Both the position numbers and the translations under genes were made by a program. Below are positions 29,601 to 41,464 of a DNA stretch of 64,000 bases, one piece after another. The stretch is from Kiritimatiellia bacterium (GTDB taxonomy: Bacteria; Verrucomicrobiota; Kiritimatiellia; UBA8416; YA12-FULL-48-11): NCBI GenBank assembly GCA_028716365.1, contig JAQUPZ010000002.1:705005-769004 (forward strand), given 5' to 3'. Under the pieces are notes generated by a model. The model did not search any database and was not told the DNA's origin. It saw nothing but the letters and a program-made list of their open reading frames with translations. The stretch's first letter is position 1, and every line of letters begins with the position of its first letter.

Positions 29601-31223
29601 ATGAAATTATGGACTTCTCTTATAATTATTGCAGGCATGGCATGCCTGATAACAGCATTTCCAATGGGGTGTTCAAAGAGGGAAACCCCGGTCGATCTTG
29701 GAAACCGCGAACAGATTCTTCATCGCGGGATCGGCTCAGAACCAAAAGATCTTGACCCTCACATGGTAACAGGTGTTACCGAATTCAACATCATTATCGG
29801 TCTTCTGGAAGGTCTTGTCTCCCAGAACCCAAAGGATATGTCTCCTGTTCCGGGTGTAGCAGAAAACTGGGAAGCATCCACTAATGGCCTTACCTATACC
29901 TTCCATTTCCGGAAGAATGCAAAATGGTCAAATGGTGATCCGGTGACTGTTCACGATTTTATCTTCTCCTTCAAACGTTGTCTTTCGCCAAAACTGGGAG
30001 CTCCTTATGCGTACATGCTTTACTGCCTTAAGAACGCCGAAGCTTACAACAAAGGAACCATCACCGATTTTTCCCGGGTAGGTGCAAAGGCACTGGACGA
30101 TTATACACTCGAACTGGACCTTGCCTCGCCGACACCCTATTTGCTTGGATTACTGGCACATCATTCCTGGTTTCCTGTTCATCCACCCACTTTACGGAAG
30201 TTCGGCGAAGAACAGCCAGACAGTAAATGGACCAAGGCCGGCAACTTCATCGGTAACGGTCCCTTTAATCTCAAGTCCTGGGAACCGGACAAACAAATAG
30301 TCATCGAGAAAAGTCAGACATATTGGGATAAGAATATTGTCCGTTTGAAAGAGATTCACTTTTATCCCATCGGTGATCACAAGTCGGAAGAACGTTCGTT
30401 CCGGGCTGGCCAGTTACATATTACAGAAACCATGCCCCTGGACAGAATCGGATATTATCGGAGACAAAACTCCAAATCGCTCAGGTTGGATCCCTATCTT
30501 GGAACTTACTACTACCTTATTAATGTTAAACGGCCTGCACTCAATAATGTCAAAGTCCGGCAGGCACTGGCAATGGCCATCAACCGTAAAAATCTGACTG
30601 CGTATGTTACAAAAGGAGGCGAAACTCCTGCACATTTCTTTACACCGCCAAATACCGCCGGGTATACATGCAGTAAGGGTTTTACAGAAGACATCGAAAA
30701 AGCAAAACAACTGCTGACAGAGGCCGGTTATCCCGACGGCAAAGGATTCCCGAATATTCAGTTACTTTATAATACTTCCGATGCCCATGTGCGTATTGCC
30801 GAGGCAATCCAGCAAATGTGGAAAATGAACCTGAACATAAATATTGAACTGATAAACATGGAATGGAAGGTCTACGTTGCAGCAACGGATGAAGGAAAAT
30901 ACGATATTGCGCGCGCAGGATGGATCGGGGATTACGTTGACCCCAATTCCTTCCTCGATATGTGGATAAAAGACAGGGGCAATAACCGTACCGGATGGTC
31001 AAACAAGGAATACGACAGGCTTCTTTCCGAAGCGGCACAGACAATGGACAGGGACAGACGTTATGGACTTTTCCAGCAGGCGGAACAGATCCTCATTAGC
31101 GAAATGCCCATTATCCCCCTTTACTTCTACCGCAGTAAACACCTTGTTAATCCCGCCGTTCAGGGATGGGATCCAAACATACTGGACATACACCCCTACA
31201 AGTTTGTATACCTGAAGCCATAA
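29601..31223 (+). CDS. ABC transporter substrate-binding lipoprotein, family 5 (oligopeptide OppA/DppA-like)
   Basis: Lipobox PMGCS. About 540 aa, typical family-5 SBP features. Confidence 0.75.
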   Translation: MKLWTSLIIIAGMACLITAFPMGCSKRETPVDLGNREQILHRGIGSEPKDLDPHMVTGVTEFNIIIGLLEGLVSQNPKDMSPVPGVAENWEASTNGLTYTFHFRKNAKWSNGDPVTVHDFIFSFKRCLSPKLGAPYAYMLYCLKNAEAYNKGTITDFSRVGAKALDDYTLELDLASPTPYLLGLLAHHSWFPVHPPTLRKFGEEQPDSKWTKAGNFIGNGPFNLKSWEPDKQIVIEKSQTYWDKNIVRLKEIHFYPIGDHKSEERSFRAGQLHITETMPLDRIGYYRRQNSKSLRLDPYLGTYYYLINVKRPALNNVKVRQALAMAINRKNLTAYVTKGGETPAHFFTPPNTAGYTCSKGFTEDIEKAKQLLTEAGYPDGKGFPNIQLLYNTSDAHVRIAEAIQQMWKMNLNINIELINMEWKVYVAATDEGKYDIARAGWIGDYVDPNSFLDMWIKDRGNNRTGWSNKEYDRLLSEAAQTMDRDRRYGLFQQAEQILISEMPIIPLYFYRSKHLVNPAVQGWDPNILDIHPYKFVYLKP

Positions 31224-31236
31224 ATTCTGGAGAGAC

Positions 31237-32157
31237 ATGCTAAAGTTTGTTGCGCGCAGGTTATTACAGATCGTCCCGGTTCTGCTTATCGTCATAACGA
31301 TTACGTTCTTTCTCATCCGTCTGGCTCCTGGCGGTCCTTTTACTGACGAAAAGAAATATCCACCTGAAGTCATCGAATGCCGGAATGCATATTACGGATT
31401 AAACGATTCACTTCCAATGCAGTATCTGCACTATCTGGGCAACGTGGTAAAAGGTAACCTTGGACCTTGTCTTCAATATCGCAACCGTACCGTCAACGAA
31501 GTCATAAAAGAGACATTTCCCATCTCTTTTGAACTTGGATGTTGGGCTATGATTTATGCCCTTGCGCTCGGTCTTGTCTTCGGAATAATTGCCGCATTAC
31601 GGCCAAACACACTGTTGGACCATATTCCGATGGCTGCAGCCATGACAGGAATATGCCTTCCAGCTTTTGTCCTCGGTCCTCTTCTTATCCTTGTTTTTGG
31701 ACTCTGGCTTGGCTTATTCAACGCGTCCGGATGGGAAATGGCTACCGACCGGATATTGCCTGCCATAACCCTTGGTTCCGTGTACGCCGCCTATATTGCC
31801 AGGTTGAGTCGAAGCAGTATGCTGGAAATTCTTCCAATGGATTATATACGTACGGCGAGGGCAAAAGGGGCTTCCGAATTACGGGTAATTGTGTGTCACG
31901 CGCTAAAGAATGCGGCTATCCCTGTTGTTTCATTCCTTGGCCCCGCATTTGCCGGAATCGTTACAGGATCTTTTGTCGTCGAAACAATTTTCCAAATACC
32001 TGGAATGGGAAAGATGTTCGTTACTGCCGCCTTTAATCGCGATTATTTTCTTCTTCTTGGCCTGATAGTTTTTTACGCAGGATTACTGGTAGCCCTGAAC
32101 CTCATTGTTGACATAGTGCTTGTGTGGCTAAATCCCAAGATCAAGATTGAGGCATGA
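31237..32157 (+). CDS. ABC transporter permease (OppB/DppB-like)
   Basis: Six-TM permease with N-terminus MLKFVARRLLQIVPVLLIVITITF, typical of OppB. Confidence 0.8.
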   Translation: MLKFVARRLLQIVPVLLIVITITFFLIRLAPGGPFTDEKKYPPEVIECRNAYYGLNDSLPMQYLHYLGNVVKGNLGPCLQYRNRTVNEVIKETFPISFELGCWAMIYALALGLVFGIIAALRPNTLLDHIPMAAAMTGICLPAFVLGPLLILVFGLWLGLFNASGWEMATDRILPAITLGSVYAAYIARLSRSSMLEILPMDYIRTARAKGASELRVIVCHALKNAAIPVVSFLGPAFAGIVTGSFVVETIFQIPGMGKMFVTAAFNRDYFLLLGLIVFYAGLLVALNLIVDIVLVWLNPKIKIEA

Positions 32158-32160
32158 AAA

Positions 32161-33054
32161 ATGAAAAGTTCCGAAATAGATGCCACCGTGTCACCTGTTT
32201 ATACAATAGAAGAGTCATTCCATGATAATGCATGGCAACGCCTGAAGATGAACCGGCTTGCCATTGTGAGCCTTGTATTCCTGATTCTCCTGTCTATAAT
32301 CTGCGCAATTGCTACATGGATTGCGCCTTATCCTTACGATCTGCAAAATCTCGCAATCGGCGCATCTTCACCTTCAATCAGGCACTGGTTTGGTACAGAT
32401 ATTCTTGGTCGTGATCTTCTTACACGTCTATTGTACGGAGGACAGATATCTCTGCTCGTGGGTCTTTGTGCAACAATGGTTTCCCTCCTGATTGGTGTGC
32501 CGTATGGAATGTTCTCCGGTTATTGTGGAGGCAAAACTGATGCGTTCATGATGAGAATAGTCGACATATTATATACATTGCCGTTCACCATACTGGTTAT
32601 CATTCTCATGGTTGTTTTTGGAAGAAACTTTCTCCTGTTGTTTGCGGCAATTGGTGCCGTCGAATGGTTGACGATGGCACGTATCATTCGAGGCGATGTC
32701 CTAGCGGTTAAAGAACAAACCTTTATTAAAGCTGCTGTCGTACTGGGATTGTCCCAGTCGAGGATAATCTTCCGCCATATTCTACCAAATGTTCTTGGAA
32801 CCATAATAGTCTACACAACTCTCACAATCCCGAAAGTCATGCTTCTTGAGGCATTTCTGAGCTTTCTCGGGCTTGGTGTTCAACCGCCTATGAGTTCCTG
32901 GGGGTTACTTATCAGGGATGGCGCCGAGGTTATGGAATCACATCCATGGCTCCTTATCTTTCCCGGGATAATTTTCTCCGTAACGCTGTTTGCGCTAAAC
33001 CGCCTTGGGGATGCACTTCGTGATGCCTTGGATCCTCGTTTCAATAAAACGTGA
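32161..33054 (+). CDS. ABC transporter permease (OppC/DppC-like)
   Basis: Polytopic permease located immediately downstream of the OppB-like gene. Confidence 0.8.
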   Translation: MKSSEIDATVSPVYTIEESFHDNAWQRLKMNRLAIVSLVFLILLSIICAIATWIAPYPYDLQNLAIGASSPSIRHWFGTDILGRDLLTRLLYGGQISLLVGLCATMVSLLIGVPYGMFSGYCGGKTDAFMMRIVDILYTLPFTILVIILMVVFGRNFLLLFAAIGAVEWLTMARIIRGDVLAVKEQTFIKAAVVLGLSQSRIIFRHILPNVLGTIIVYTTLTIPKVMLLEAFLSFLGLGVQPPMSSWGLLIRDGAEVMESHPWLLIFPGIIFSVTLFALNRLGDALRDALDPRFNKT

Positions 33055-33100
33055 CATTTCACCATCGCTGGTTTACGTCATATGTTTACCGGTATAAGAA

Positions 33101-33130
33101 ATACCCCGCTGATTTTTTCCAACGGGGTAT
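33101..33130. terminator. Inverted repeat (ATACCCCG...CGGGGTAT) with a T-run, between the convergent oppC-like and secG genes
   Basis: Read in the sequence. The loop is long at about 14 nt, so confidence is moderate. Confidence 0.35.
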
Positions 33131-33149
33131 TCATAAGTACAAATTACAG

Positions 33150-33656
33150 TTATTTCGAAGGCGCTTGACCTGTCCCTGCAGGCAAAGGAGTTACCGGTGC
33201 CGTTTCATTTTTTGACGGCTGTGATGATGAAGACGTCACGGGTATAACTGGCTGATTAGCCGCAGACTGGGAGCCGGGAACCGGCATTTGTACAGGCGTC
33301 TGACCTGCCGGTATGCCACCGGCTGGAGCCTCGGTATTCGCACCGGTAGAAGGCGATGGCTGTGTCGATACCGGTTTTGTAATTGGAATTCTGTCGGCAA
33401 CGGACTTGCCGGATGATCTATGACTTGCACCAAGCAACGAAAGAATTGTTGTATTCAGAAGGAAAATGACTGCAAGTACAACGGTAGTTTTGGTCAAAAC
33501 ATTACCAGCCTGTGCACCAAAAAGTGCTTCTCCAACACCTGCCCCGAATGCCATACCCAGTCCCTGGCCTTTAGTTTTCTGCAGGAGAATAACTCCAACC
33601 AGAAGAAGACAAGTTACAACTTCAACAAAAAGAAGAAAATATCTCAATATTTCCAC
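33150..33656 (-). CDS. secG: Preprotein translocase subunit SecG with a Pro/Thr-rich C-terminal extension
   Basis: LLVGVILLQKTKGQGLGMAFGAG... is canonical SecG. An extended low-complexity tail follows. Confidence 0.8.
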   Translation of the reverse strand: MEILRYFLLFVEVVTCLLLVGVILLQKTKGQGLGMAFGAGVGEALFGAQAGNVLTKTTVVLAVIFLLNTTILSLLGASHRSSGKSVADRIPITKPVSTQPSPSTGANTEAPAGGIPAGQTPVQMPVPGSQSAANQPVIPVTSSSSQPSKNETAPVTPLPAGTGQAPSK

Positions 33657-33685
33657 GATTTCCTACTCCTTTTCCGGCAGACGGC

Positions 33686-34450
33686 CTATTTGGCCAGTCG
33701 TACTATTTCAACAAAAGACCGTGCATCAAGTGACGCCCCGCCTATCAGACCTCCGTCAATATCCGGCAAGGCAAGCAGTTCACCTGCATTTGTCGGTTTC
33801 ATGCTGCCACCGTACTGAATCCGTATTGACTGAGCGACTTCATTATTTGAGATCGCAGAAATCACCTGACGGATGAAAGCATGCATTTCCTGGGCTTGTT
33901 CAGGCGTGGCATTTTTACCAGTACCAATTGCCCATACCGGTTCATAAGCGATTATAATTTTACTGATATCATCACCTAATTCGGCAAGGCTTCCGACAAC
34001 CTGATTCTTCACAATATCCTTGGCTGTTCCGGCTTCACGTTCCTGTAAAGTCTCACCTACACAGACTATCGGGAAAAGATTGCCCGCGATTGCCGCCTTG
34101 ACCTTCTTGTTCACTATTTCATCGGTTTCATGAAACATGGCACGACGTTCACTGTGTCCGAGTATAACGTAATGACAATAAATATCGCGCAACATTCCGG
34201 CAGAAATCTCACCTGTGTAGGCACCGTCACTCGCCCAGTGCATGTTTTGAGCTCCCAACTTGATGTGGGTCTGGATAATGGTATCACCCACAATCTTCAA
34301 TGCCGTGAATGGCGGACAAAGAACCACGTCAGCTTCCCGCCAGTCAGTCAGTTCAGTTTTTATGTCAGATGCAAGATCCACCGCTTCCGCGACGGATTTA
34401 TTCATCTTCCAGTTTCCTGCGATAATTTTTTTTCTTAGTTTCTTAGCCAT
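33686..34450 (-). CDS. tpiA: Triosephosphate isomerase
   Basis: IAGNWKMNK, AYEPVWAIGTG, GGS motifs. Confidence 0.9.
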   Translation of the reverse strand: MAKKLRKKIIAGNWKMNKSVAEAVDLASDIKTELTDWREADVVLCPPFTALKIVGDTIIQTHIKLGAQNMHWASDGAYTGEISAGMLRDIYCHYVILGHSERRAMFHETDEIVNKKVKAAIAGNLFPIVCVGETLQEREAGTAKDIVKNQVVGSLAELGDDISKIIIAYEPVWAIGTGKNATPEQAQEMHAFIRQVISAISNNEVAQSIRIQYGGSMKPTNAGELLALPDIDGGLIGGASLDARSFVEIVRLAK

Positions 34451-34461
34451 CAGGATCCCCT

Positions 34462-35715
34462 TTATTTATCACTAAGCGCTGCAACGCCCGGAAGCTGTTT
34501 GCCTTCGAGAAACTCAAGGCTCGCTCCGCCACCAGTGCTGATATGCGTCATCTTGCCAGCCAACCCGCTCTTATTTACAGCGCTAACACTGTCACCGCCT
34601 CCAATGATGCTGAGACACTTTGTTTCCGAAATTGCCCTGGCCATGGTCATTGTTCCAGATGCAAAAGGTTTCATCTCGAAACAACCCATCGGCCCGTTCC
34701 AGACTACTGTTTTTGCCTTCCTTATTTCCTGTTCAAACAGCTTGGAACTATTTGGTCCGATGTCGAGCGCCATCCAGCCGTCCTTAATACCGTTCTCATT
34801 CACAACTTCGGTCTTCGCATTGGCATCAAACGCATCGGCAATCACATTATCAACGGGCAGTAACAGTTTGACTCCTGCTGATTTTGCCTTTTCAAGTATT
34901 TCTTTTGCAAGGCCGACTTTGTCCTCCTCAACAAGCGATTTGCCTGTCGGTAAACCTTTCGCCCTGTAGAATGTATAAGCCATAGCCCCACCAATGATCA
35001 AAGAGTTGACCTTGGTAAGAAGGTTGGTGATGACATTCACCTTGTCGCTTACCTTGGCACCGCCAAGAATAGCCACAAACGGACGTTCCGGGCTGGCAAG
35101 CGCCTTGCCAAGATAATCAACTTCCTTTTCCATCAGGAAACCGGAAACGTTTTCCTTGAAAAATTTGCACACCACTGCAGTTGATGCATGGGCACGATGT
35201 GCTGATCCAAAAGCATCGTTACAGTACAGATCACCAAGTTCAGAAAGTTTTCTGGCCATTTCTTCCTGTTTCTTTTTCATCTCGGTCTTGGCCGCTTTTT
35301 TCTGCTCATCAGTTGCATCATCAGGAAGCTTGGTTTTACCTTCTTCCTCCTTGTAAAAACGGGTATTTTCCAGAAGAAGAATTTCACCGGGTTTAAGCGC
35401 CTTGGCCAATGTTTTTGTCTGTTCGGCAACACAATCAGATGCAAAAGCAACAGGTTTCTTGATTAACTCGGAAAGACGCCCCGCAACGGGTTTCAGGCTG
35501 AAATCAGGTTCCACTTTACCACCCTTTGGACGGCCGAGATGGCTCATCAACACCACGGAAGCGCCGTGTTCCAGGCAATATTTTATGGAAGGAAGCGCCG
35601 CAGTAATTCGCGTGTCATCCGACACTTTTCCTTCTTTGATTGGCACATTGAAATCCACACGCATGAGAACGCGCCGCCCCTTGACATCAACATCCCGAAG
35701 TGTCTTCTTTTTCAT
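34462..35715 (-). CDS. pgk: Phosphoglycerate kinase
   Basis: RVDFNVP N-terminal motif. About 417 aa. Confidence 0.9.
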   Translation of the reverse strand: MKKKTLRDVDVKGRRVLMRVDFNVPIKEGKVSDDTRITAALPSIKYCLEHGASVVLMSHLGRPKGGKVEPDFSLKPVAGRLSELIKKPVAFASDCVAEQTKTLAKALKPGEILLLENTRFYKEEEGKTKLPDDATDEQKKAAKTEMKKKQEEMARKLSELGDLYCNDAFGSAHRAHASTAVVCKFFKENVSGFLMEKEVDYLGKALASPERPFVAILGGAKVSDKVNVITNLLTKVNSLIIGGAMAYTFYRAKGLPTGKSLVEEDKVGLAKEILEKAKSAGVKLLLPVDNVIADAFDANAKTEVVNENGIKDGWMALDIGPNSSKLFEQEIRKAKTVVWNGPMGCFEMKPFASGTMTMARAISETKCLSIIGGGDSVSAVNKSGLAGKMTHISTGGGASLEFLEGKQLPGVAALSDK

Positions 35716-35795
35716 CCATACTCTCCCGAAACAAGCACCGGGGCGTCTGTTACGACACCCCAGCGCACAAATAAATCAAACCACTTTAACTGTTG

Positions 35796-36845
<1,050 letters not shown>

Positions 36846-36919
36846 TTAAACAAGCCGAATAAACTACAAGCCAATACACCAGCAGTCAACATGACAATTT
36901 ATGAAAATATACCTTGAGG

Positions 36920-36938
36920 TTGTCAGGCTTTTTGACAA
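36920..36938. promoter_or_regulatory. Perfect palindrome TTGTCA-N7-TGACAA in the divergent gap/lptF intergenic region. Candidate operator
   Basis: TTGTCAGGCTTTTTGACAA read in the sequence. Confidence 0.25.
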
Positions 36939-37162
36939 CTAAGTCTGTTAACTACATGATAGGATGGAGTAATCGAGGCTATGAGTAAAGTCAAGCCAAT
37001 AGATGAATAAACGATTAGCAGAAGGGGTTTTGATTCATATTACATATATACTGTCTAACAATTCTTACTACCGCGGGGTTTTCAGCAACTGCTATGAATT
37101 TATTCTAAGGGCTTGAATACAAGCACATACATTGTCAATATCAGGAAGATGAGAAATAATAT

Positions 37163-38260
37163 ATGAAATTAATGGATAAATATATCCTGCGAGAATTCCT
37201 GACTCCGCTTTTTTATATCATCGCAGGATTCAGTATGATAACCATTGTTTTTGATCTTTTCGGTCATCTCTCACATTTTCTCGATACCAAAGCTCCCATC
37301 TGGCTGGTCGTTCGTTATTACCTTTGTATTTTTCTCCAGACACTTGAATATACACTACCCGCTTCTCTTCTTTTTGCCACGCTGTATACTCAATGGCTTA
37401 TGGCAAAAAATAATGAACTTACAGCTATGCGCGCGTCGGGTGTTAGTTTCTCCCGCATAATGGTACCTTATCTCGCAGTAGCTTTTACTCTCAGCGTCAT
37501 ATCGGCGGTTCTTAAGGAAACTGTCATACCGTTCACAAATCAATGGGCCGAAACTCTGTCGGAAAACAAATTCAAGATACCGAAACATCAGTTACAACGC
37601 AACCTTGCCTACTATAACAGTACCGATAATCGTGAGTGGCTTATAGACGCCATTGACCTTAATATGCCGGGCACACTTACTGGTGTCAGAGTCAAACTGG
37701 AACGTAAAGACAATATATGTTTTGAGGAAATCGCCGCCAAGAAAGCAAGATGGCTCGATGGGCAGTGGTGGTTCTTTAAAGGACACAGACAACCATACAA
37801 TAACGAAGGCATCCCGGATAAGGGGAAAACGCCGATTCCACTGAATCCAGCCGGGGAAATTATTCCCGAGCTGACCGAAACACCTTCGGATTTCGTTAAT
37901 GAGATCAAGCCCTGGGAATATCTGACATCATTAGAAATGATGGATTATCTCCATAAACACCCGCAAATCTCCAAAGAGGCTATTGCAAACAAGAAAACAG
38001 ATTTTCATGCTCATCTTGCTCTTCCCTGGGCATGTCTACTTGTAACGTTATTTGGTATCCCTGTAGGCGCCAGGGGCAGCAAACAGAATCCACTGGCCGG
38101 AATATTCCTTGCTGTTGTATTTTTCCTGGGCTTTTATTTCCTGACTCACTTCGGTATTTTTTGCGGGAAAAAACATATTGTCTTGCCTTGGATTGGCGCA
38201 TGGTTTTCAAATATAGTGTCAGCAGTAATAGGAATAACAATGATTATAAGAATGAAATAA
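37163..38260 (+). CDS. LPS export permease LptF/LptG family (YjgP/YjgQ)
   Basis: MKLMDKYILREFLTPLFYIIAGF is a typical LptF/G N-terminus. About 365 aa with a periplasmic middle domain. Confidence 0.75.
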   Translation: MKLMDKYILREFLTPLFYIIAGFSMITIVFDLFGHLSHFLDTKAPIWLVVRYYLCIFLQTLEYTLPASLLFATLYTQWLMAKNNELTAMRASGVSFSRIMVPYLAVAFTLSVISAVLKETVIPFTNQWAETLSENKFKIPKHQLQRNLAYYNSTDNREWLIDAIDLNMPGTLTGVRVKLERKDNICFEEIAAKKARWLDGQWWFFKGHRQPYNNEGIPDKGKTPIPLNPAGEIIPELTETPSDFVNEIKPWEYLTSLEMMDYLHKHPQISKEAIANKKTDFHAHLALPWACLLVTLFGIPVGARGSKQNPLAGIFLAVVFFLGFYFLTHFGIFCGKKHIVLPWIGAWFSNIVSAVIGITMIIRMK

Positions 38261-38284
38261 CACTAAACAAGAAAGGATCTGTTT

Positions 38285-39376
38285 ATGTCTCTTTTACATG
38301 AACTCTTTGAAAAGGCTGTATCACTGGGGGCGTCTGATATTCATCTGAAAGCTAATCAAGAACCGTATTTCCGTATCCATGGCAATCTGACAAACAGCGG
38401 TTTTGACGGCCTTACCCCTGAATACATGAATGCTATTGTAAAGGAAATCCTTCCACCATATCTGGAAAAGAATTTCGAAGCGGAACATGAAGCAGATTTT
38501 TCACATGCCGAAGCAGGCCTTGGCCGGTTCCGTGTGAACATATTCCTTTCACAGGGAGTTCCCACCATTGCCATGAGATATGTCAAATCAAAAATCCCGA
38601 CAGTTGAAGAACTTCGCCTTCCTCCACAACTCAGTAAACTGGCCTCGGTTGAGCGCGGTATCATCCTGCTCGCAGGAACAACAGGTAGTGGAAAATCTAC
38701 CACTCTCGCGGCTATCATTGACGAAATGAACAGGACTCAGAAAAACCGCATTATTACCGTAGAAGACCCCGTTGAATATCTGTTCATCGACAACCAGAGC
38801 GTGATTACCCAGCGCGAAGTCGGCCTGGACACGCTTAGTTACCAGAATGCCCTAAAATACCTGATGCGACAGGATCCAGATGTAATTCTAATCGGTGAAA
38901 TGCGCGACAAGATGAGCATTCGCACAGCTCTTCTCGCCGCTGAAACCGGACATCTTGTCCTATCCACCCTTCATGCTGGAACATCAAGTCTTGCCATCCC
39001 CAGAATGCTGGACGTATTTCCTGCTGACGAACAGGATCAGATCCGTATGGGCCTGGCAGGGAATCTTTATGCAATAATATGTCAACGGCTTATTCCCGAT
39101 ACCAAGGGAGGTGCAGTACCTGCTGTGGAAATCATGATCAATACACCAACCATGAAGAAATTGCTGGAGAAAAACAAACTGGACATGCTTAGTGCAGCAA
39201 TTGAGACCGGAACAGAAGATGGGATGCAGACATTCAATCAGTCTGTTTATGGCCTTATAAAGAGCGGATTAATTACAGAAAAGGATGGTATGACATATGC
39301 CACTAATCCGGAAGCCCTGAGAATGAATCTTCAGGGTATTTTCCTGGATGAAGGAAAACGCATCCTGTCTTCCTAA
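38285..39376 (+). CDS. pilT: Type IV pilus retraction ATPase PilT family
   Basis: Walker A GTTGSGKSTTLAA. N-terminal ASDIHL motif. About 360 aa. Confidence 0.8.
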   Translation: MSLLHELFEKAVSLGASDIHLKANQEPYFRIHGNLTNSGFDGLTPEYMNAIVKEILPPYLEKNFEAEHEADFSHAEAGLGRFRVNIFLSQGVPTIAMRYVKSKIPTVEELRLPPQLSKLASVERGIILLAGTTGSGKSTTLAAIIDEMNRTQKNRIITVEDPVEYLFIDNQSVITQREVGLDTLSYQNALKYLMRQDPDVILIGEMRDKMSIRTALLAAETGHLVLSTLHAGTSSLAIPRMLDVFPADEQDQIRMGLAGNLYAIICQRLIPDTKGGAVPAVEIMINTPTMKKLLEKNKLDMLSAAIETGTEDGMQTFNQSVYGLIKSGLITEKDGMTYATNPEALRMNLQGIFLDEGKRILSS

Positions 39377-39418
39377 TGCCGCCTAGTCACCGGCCAATAT
39401 CATAATAGTTGTATTGTT

Positions 39419-40159
39419 ATGTATGATCTATCAAACAAGGCATTTCTCATCACAGGGTCAACGAGAGGAATAGGCAACGCAATTGCCAGAGCTCTTGCCA
39501 TGGCCGGCGCAACAGTAGGCATACACGGACGAACCCCGGAAAAAGTTAAAATGGCATGTGACCAATTATCGGAAACAGGGAAACGAACCGTTCCTGTTCC
39601 TGGAGACTTTTCGGAACCGGAAGTTGCCGCAGATACAGTACGCGCTTTTTACAAGGCAACAGGACGACTTGACGGCCTGATAAATAACGCGGGCATCGGC
39701 AAAGCCCTTTCATTCCGGGGTATGACACTGAATAAATGGAGAAACACATTCAGCACAAACCTCGAAGCAGCAATGATTGCCTCACGTGAAGCATATGTCA
39801 TTATGCGGGAAAAAGGATGCGGCGGAATTGTTAATATCGCATCACTTGCCGCTCATGGACCCGGTAAATGGATGGGCGCCGATTACGCCGCAAGTAAGGC
39901 CGGGTTGGTCAGTATAACTCAAAGCCTGGCATTTGAAGCCGCAAAATTTGGAATACGAGTGAACGCCATCTCCCCGGGAATGGTGGAAACCGATATGACG
40001 TCCATGCTTCCGGAGGAGACCAAAAAATCGATTAATATCCCTCTTGGCAGATTTGCCAAACCTGGTGAAATTGCAGATGCCGTTCTTTTTTTGTTGTCGG
40101 ACGACTCTGCTTATATTACAGGACAGGTCCTCCATATTGATGGCGGACTGTGGATGTGA
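39419..40159 (+). CDS. SDR family oxidoreductase (FabG-like 3-oxoacyl-ACP reductase)
   Basis: TGSTRGIGNAIARAL cofactor motif, YAASKAG catalytic motif. Confidence 0.75.
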   Translation: MYDLSNKAFLITGSTRGIGNAIARALAMAGATVGIHGRTPEKVKMACDQLSETGKRTVPVPGDFSEPEVAADTVRAFYKATGRLDGLINNAGIGKALSFRGMTLNKWRNTFSTNLEAAMIASREAYVIMREKGCGGIVNIASLAAHGPGKWMGADYAASKAGLVSITQSLAFEAAKFGIRVNAISPGMVETDMTSMLPEETKKSINIPLGRFAKPGEIADAVLFLLSDDSAYITGQVLHIDGGLWM

Positions 40160-40181
40160 TCTCTCTTGGATTTGGAAAACA

Positions 40182-41426
40182 ATGAAAAATGATAAACGCG
40201 TAGTTATTACAGGCATGGGTACCATTACTGCCTTAGGCCTCGACGAATCAACCTTCTGGCAGAATATTATTGCCGGCAAGTGCGGAATAAGAAGGATAAG
40301 TGCCTTCGATCTTGCCGACTACAAAGCTAAAAATGGCGCAGAAATAGACAACGAACAATTTACCTCCGTCATGCGGACCAGACAACTCACCTCTGTTGAT
40401 GACCGTACAGTTGATTTTGCAGTGGCTGCCGCCTTTGAGGCCCTTGAAAAATCTGCATTGAAAAACGTGGACGGAACACATGGAAAGGAAATGGCCGTTA
40501 TACTGGGTACAGGTATAGGTTGCAATCATAGTCTACTGAATGCCAATAAGAGTTTCACGGCGAAAGGAATCAGAGGACTGCGCCCTACTTCCGTCCCCCG
40601 CTGTATGGCTAATGCCGTGTCTTCTCAGATTTCCATGAAATTCAGACTGACTGGTCCAAATTATGTCATTGTTTCTGCATGTACATCGGCGACCACCGCC
40701 ATTGGGGTAGCATACCGTATGATTAAGGATGGAATTATCGATATGGCTCTCGCTGGTGGTTCTGATTCAGTGTTTGATCCTTTTGTCTATGGAGGATGGA
40801 ATAATCTCGGCGTTATGTCAGCCAATCCTGTGCCGGAGAAATCGTGTCGCCCATTTGATGTTACCCGTGATGGTTGTGTACTGGGGGAAGGCGCCGGAAT
40901 CCTTGTTCTTGAATCTCTCGAGAGCGCACAACGCAGAAACATAAAAATCAGGGGAGAGATTTGCGGATTCGGCGAATCTTCAGATGCCACGCACATCACC
41001 CGTCCCAGCCCAGAGGGACAGGCCATTGCCATCAGGAACGCTCTTAAATCAGCAGGAATGACACCTGCAGATATTGGCTTTATCAACGCACACGGTACAG
41101 CCACCAAGGCAAATGACGAATGTGAAAGCAAATCCATCCGGCTGGCCATGGGAAAAGAAACCGAGCGGATTCCAGTAGCCTCGAATAAATCCCTCTTCGG
41201 TCACATGCTGGGAGCCTCAGGCGCAATCGAAACAATCGCAACTGCAATTGGCCTGGAACAAAACAAAATGCCCCCCAACCTCAACCTTGATAATCCTGAT
41301 CCACAGTGTAATCTTTGCTTTGTCGGAAAAGAAGCCATCCAAATAGACAAGCCGGTTGCCATGAAAAACAGCTTCGGATTCGGCGGAAATAATGCAGTTT
41401 TAATTCTGCGCCGTTACAGCGATTGA
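40182..41426 (+). CDS. Beta-ketoacyl-ACP synthase (FabF/FabB-like KAS)
   Basis: KRVVITGMGTITALG, active-site SACTSATTAIG, HGTAT, GHMLGASG motifs. The start was placed at MKNDKR rather than the upstream extended ORF. Confidence 0.8.
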   Translation: MKNDKRVVITGMGTITALGLDESTFWQNIIAGKCGIRRISAFDLADYKAKNGAEIDNEQFTSVMRTRQLTSVDDRTVDFAVAAAFEALEKSALKNVDGTHGKEMAVILGTGIGCNHSLLNANKSFTAKGIRGLRPTSVPRCMANAVSSQISMKFRLTGPNYVIVSACTSATTAIGVAYRMIKDGIIDMALAGGSDSVFDPFVYGGWNNLGVMSANPVPEKSCRPFDVTRDGCVLGEGAGILVLESLESAQRRNIKIRGEICGFGESSDATHITRPSPEGQAIAIRNALKSAGMTPADIGFINAHGTATKANDECESKSIRLAMGKETERIPVASNKSLFGHMLGASGAIETIATAIGLEQNKMPPNLNLDNPDPQCNLCFVGKEAIQIDKPVAMKNSFGFGGNNAVLILRRYSD

Positions 41427-41464
41427 AAAATTCTCTGAGTATATAAACGATTAAAAGGATATTT

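Noticed and set aside
40044-40181. Upstream 46-codon extension of the KAS ORF
   Set aside because: It overlaps the SDR gene end. The conserved KAS N-terminus begins at MKNDKRVVITGMG, so the internal start at 40182 was used.
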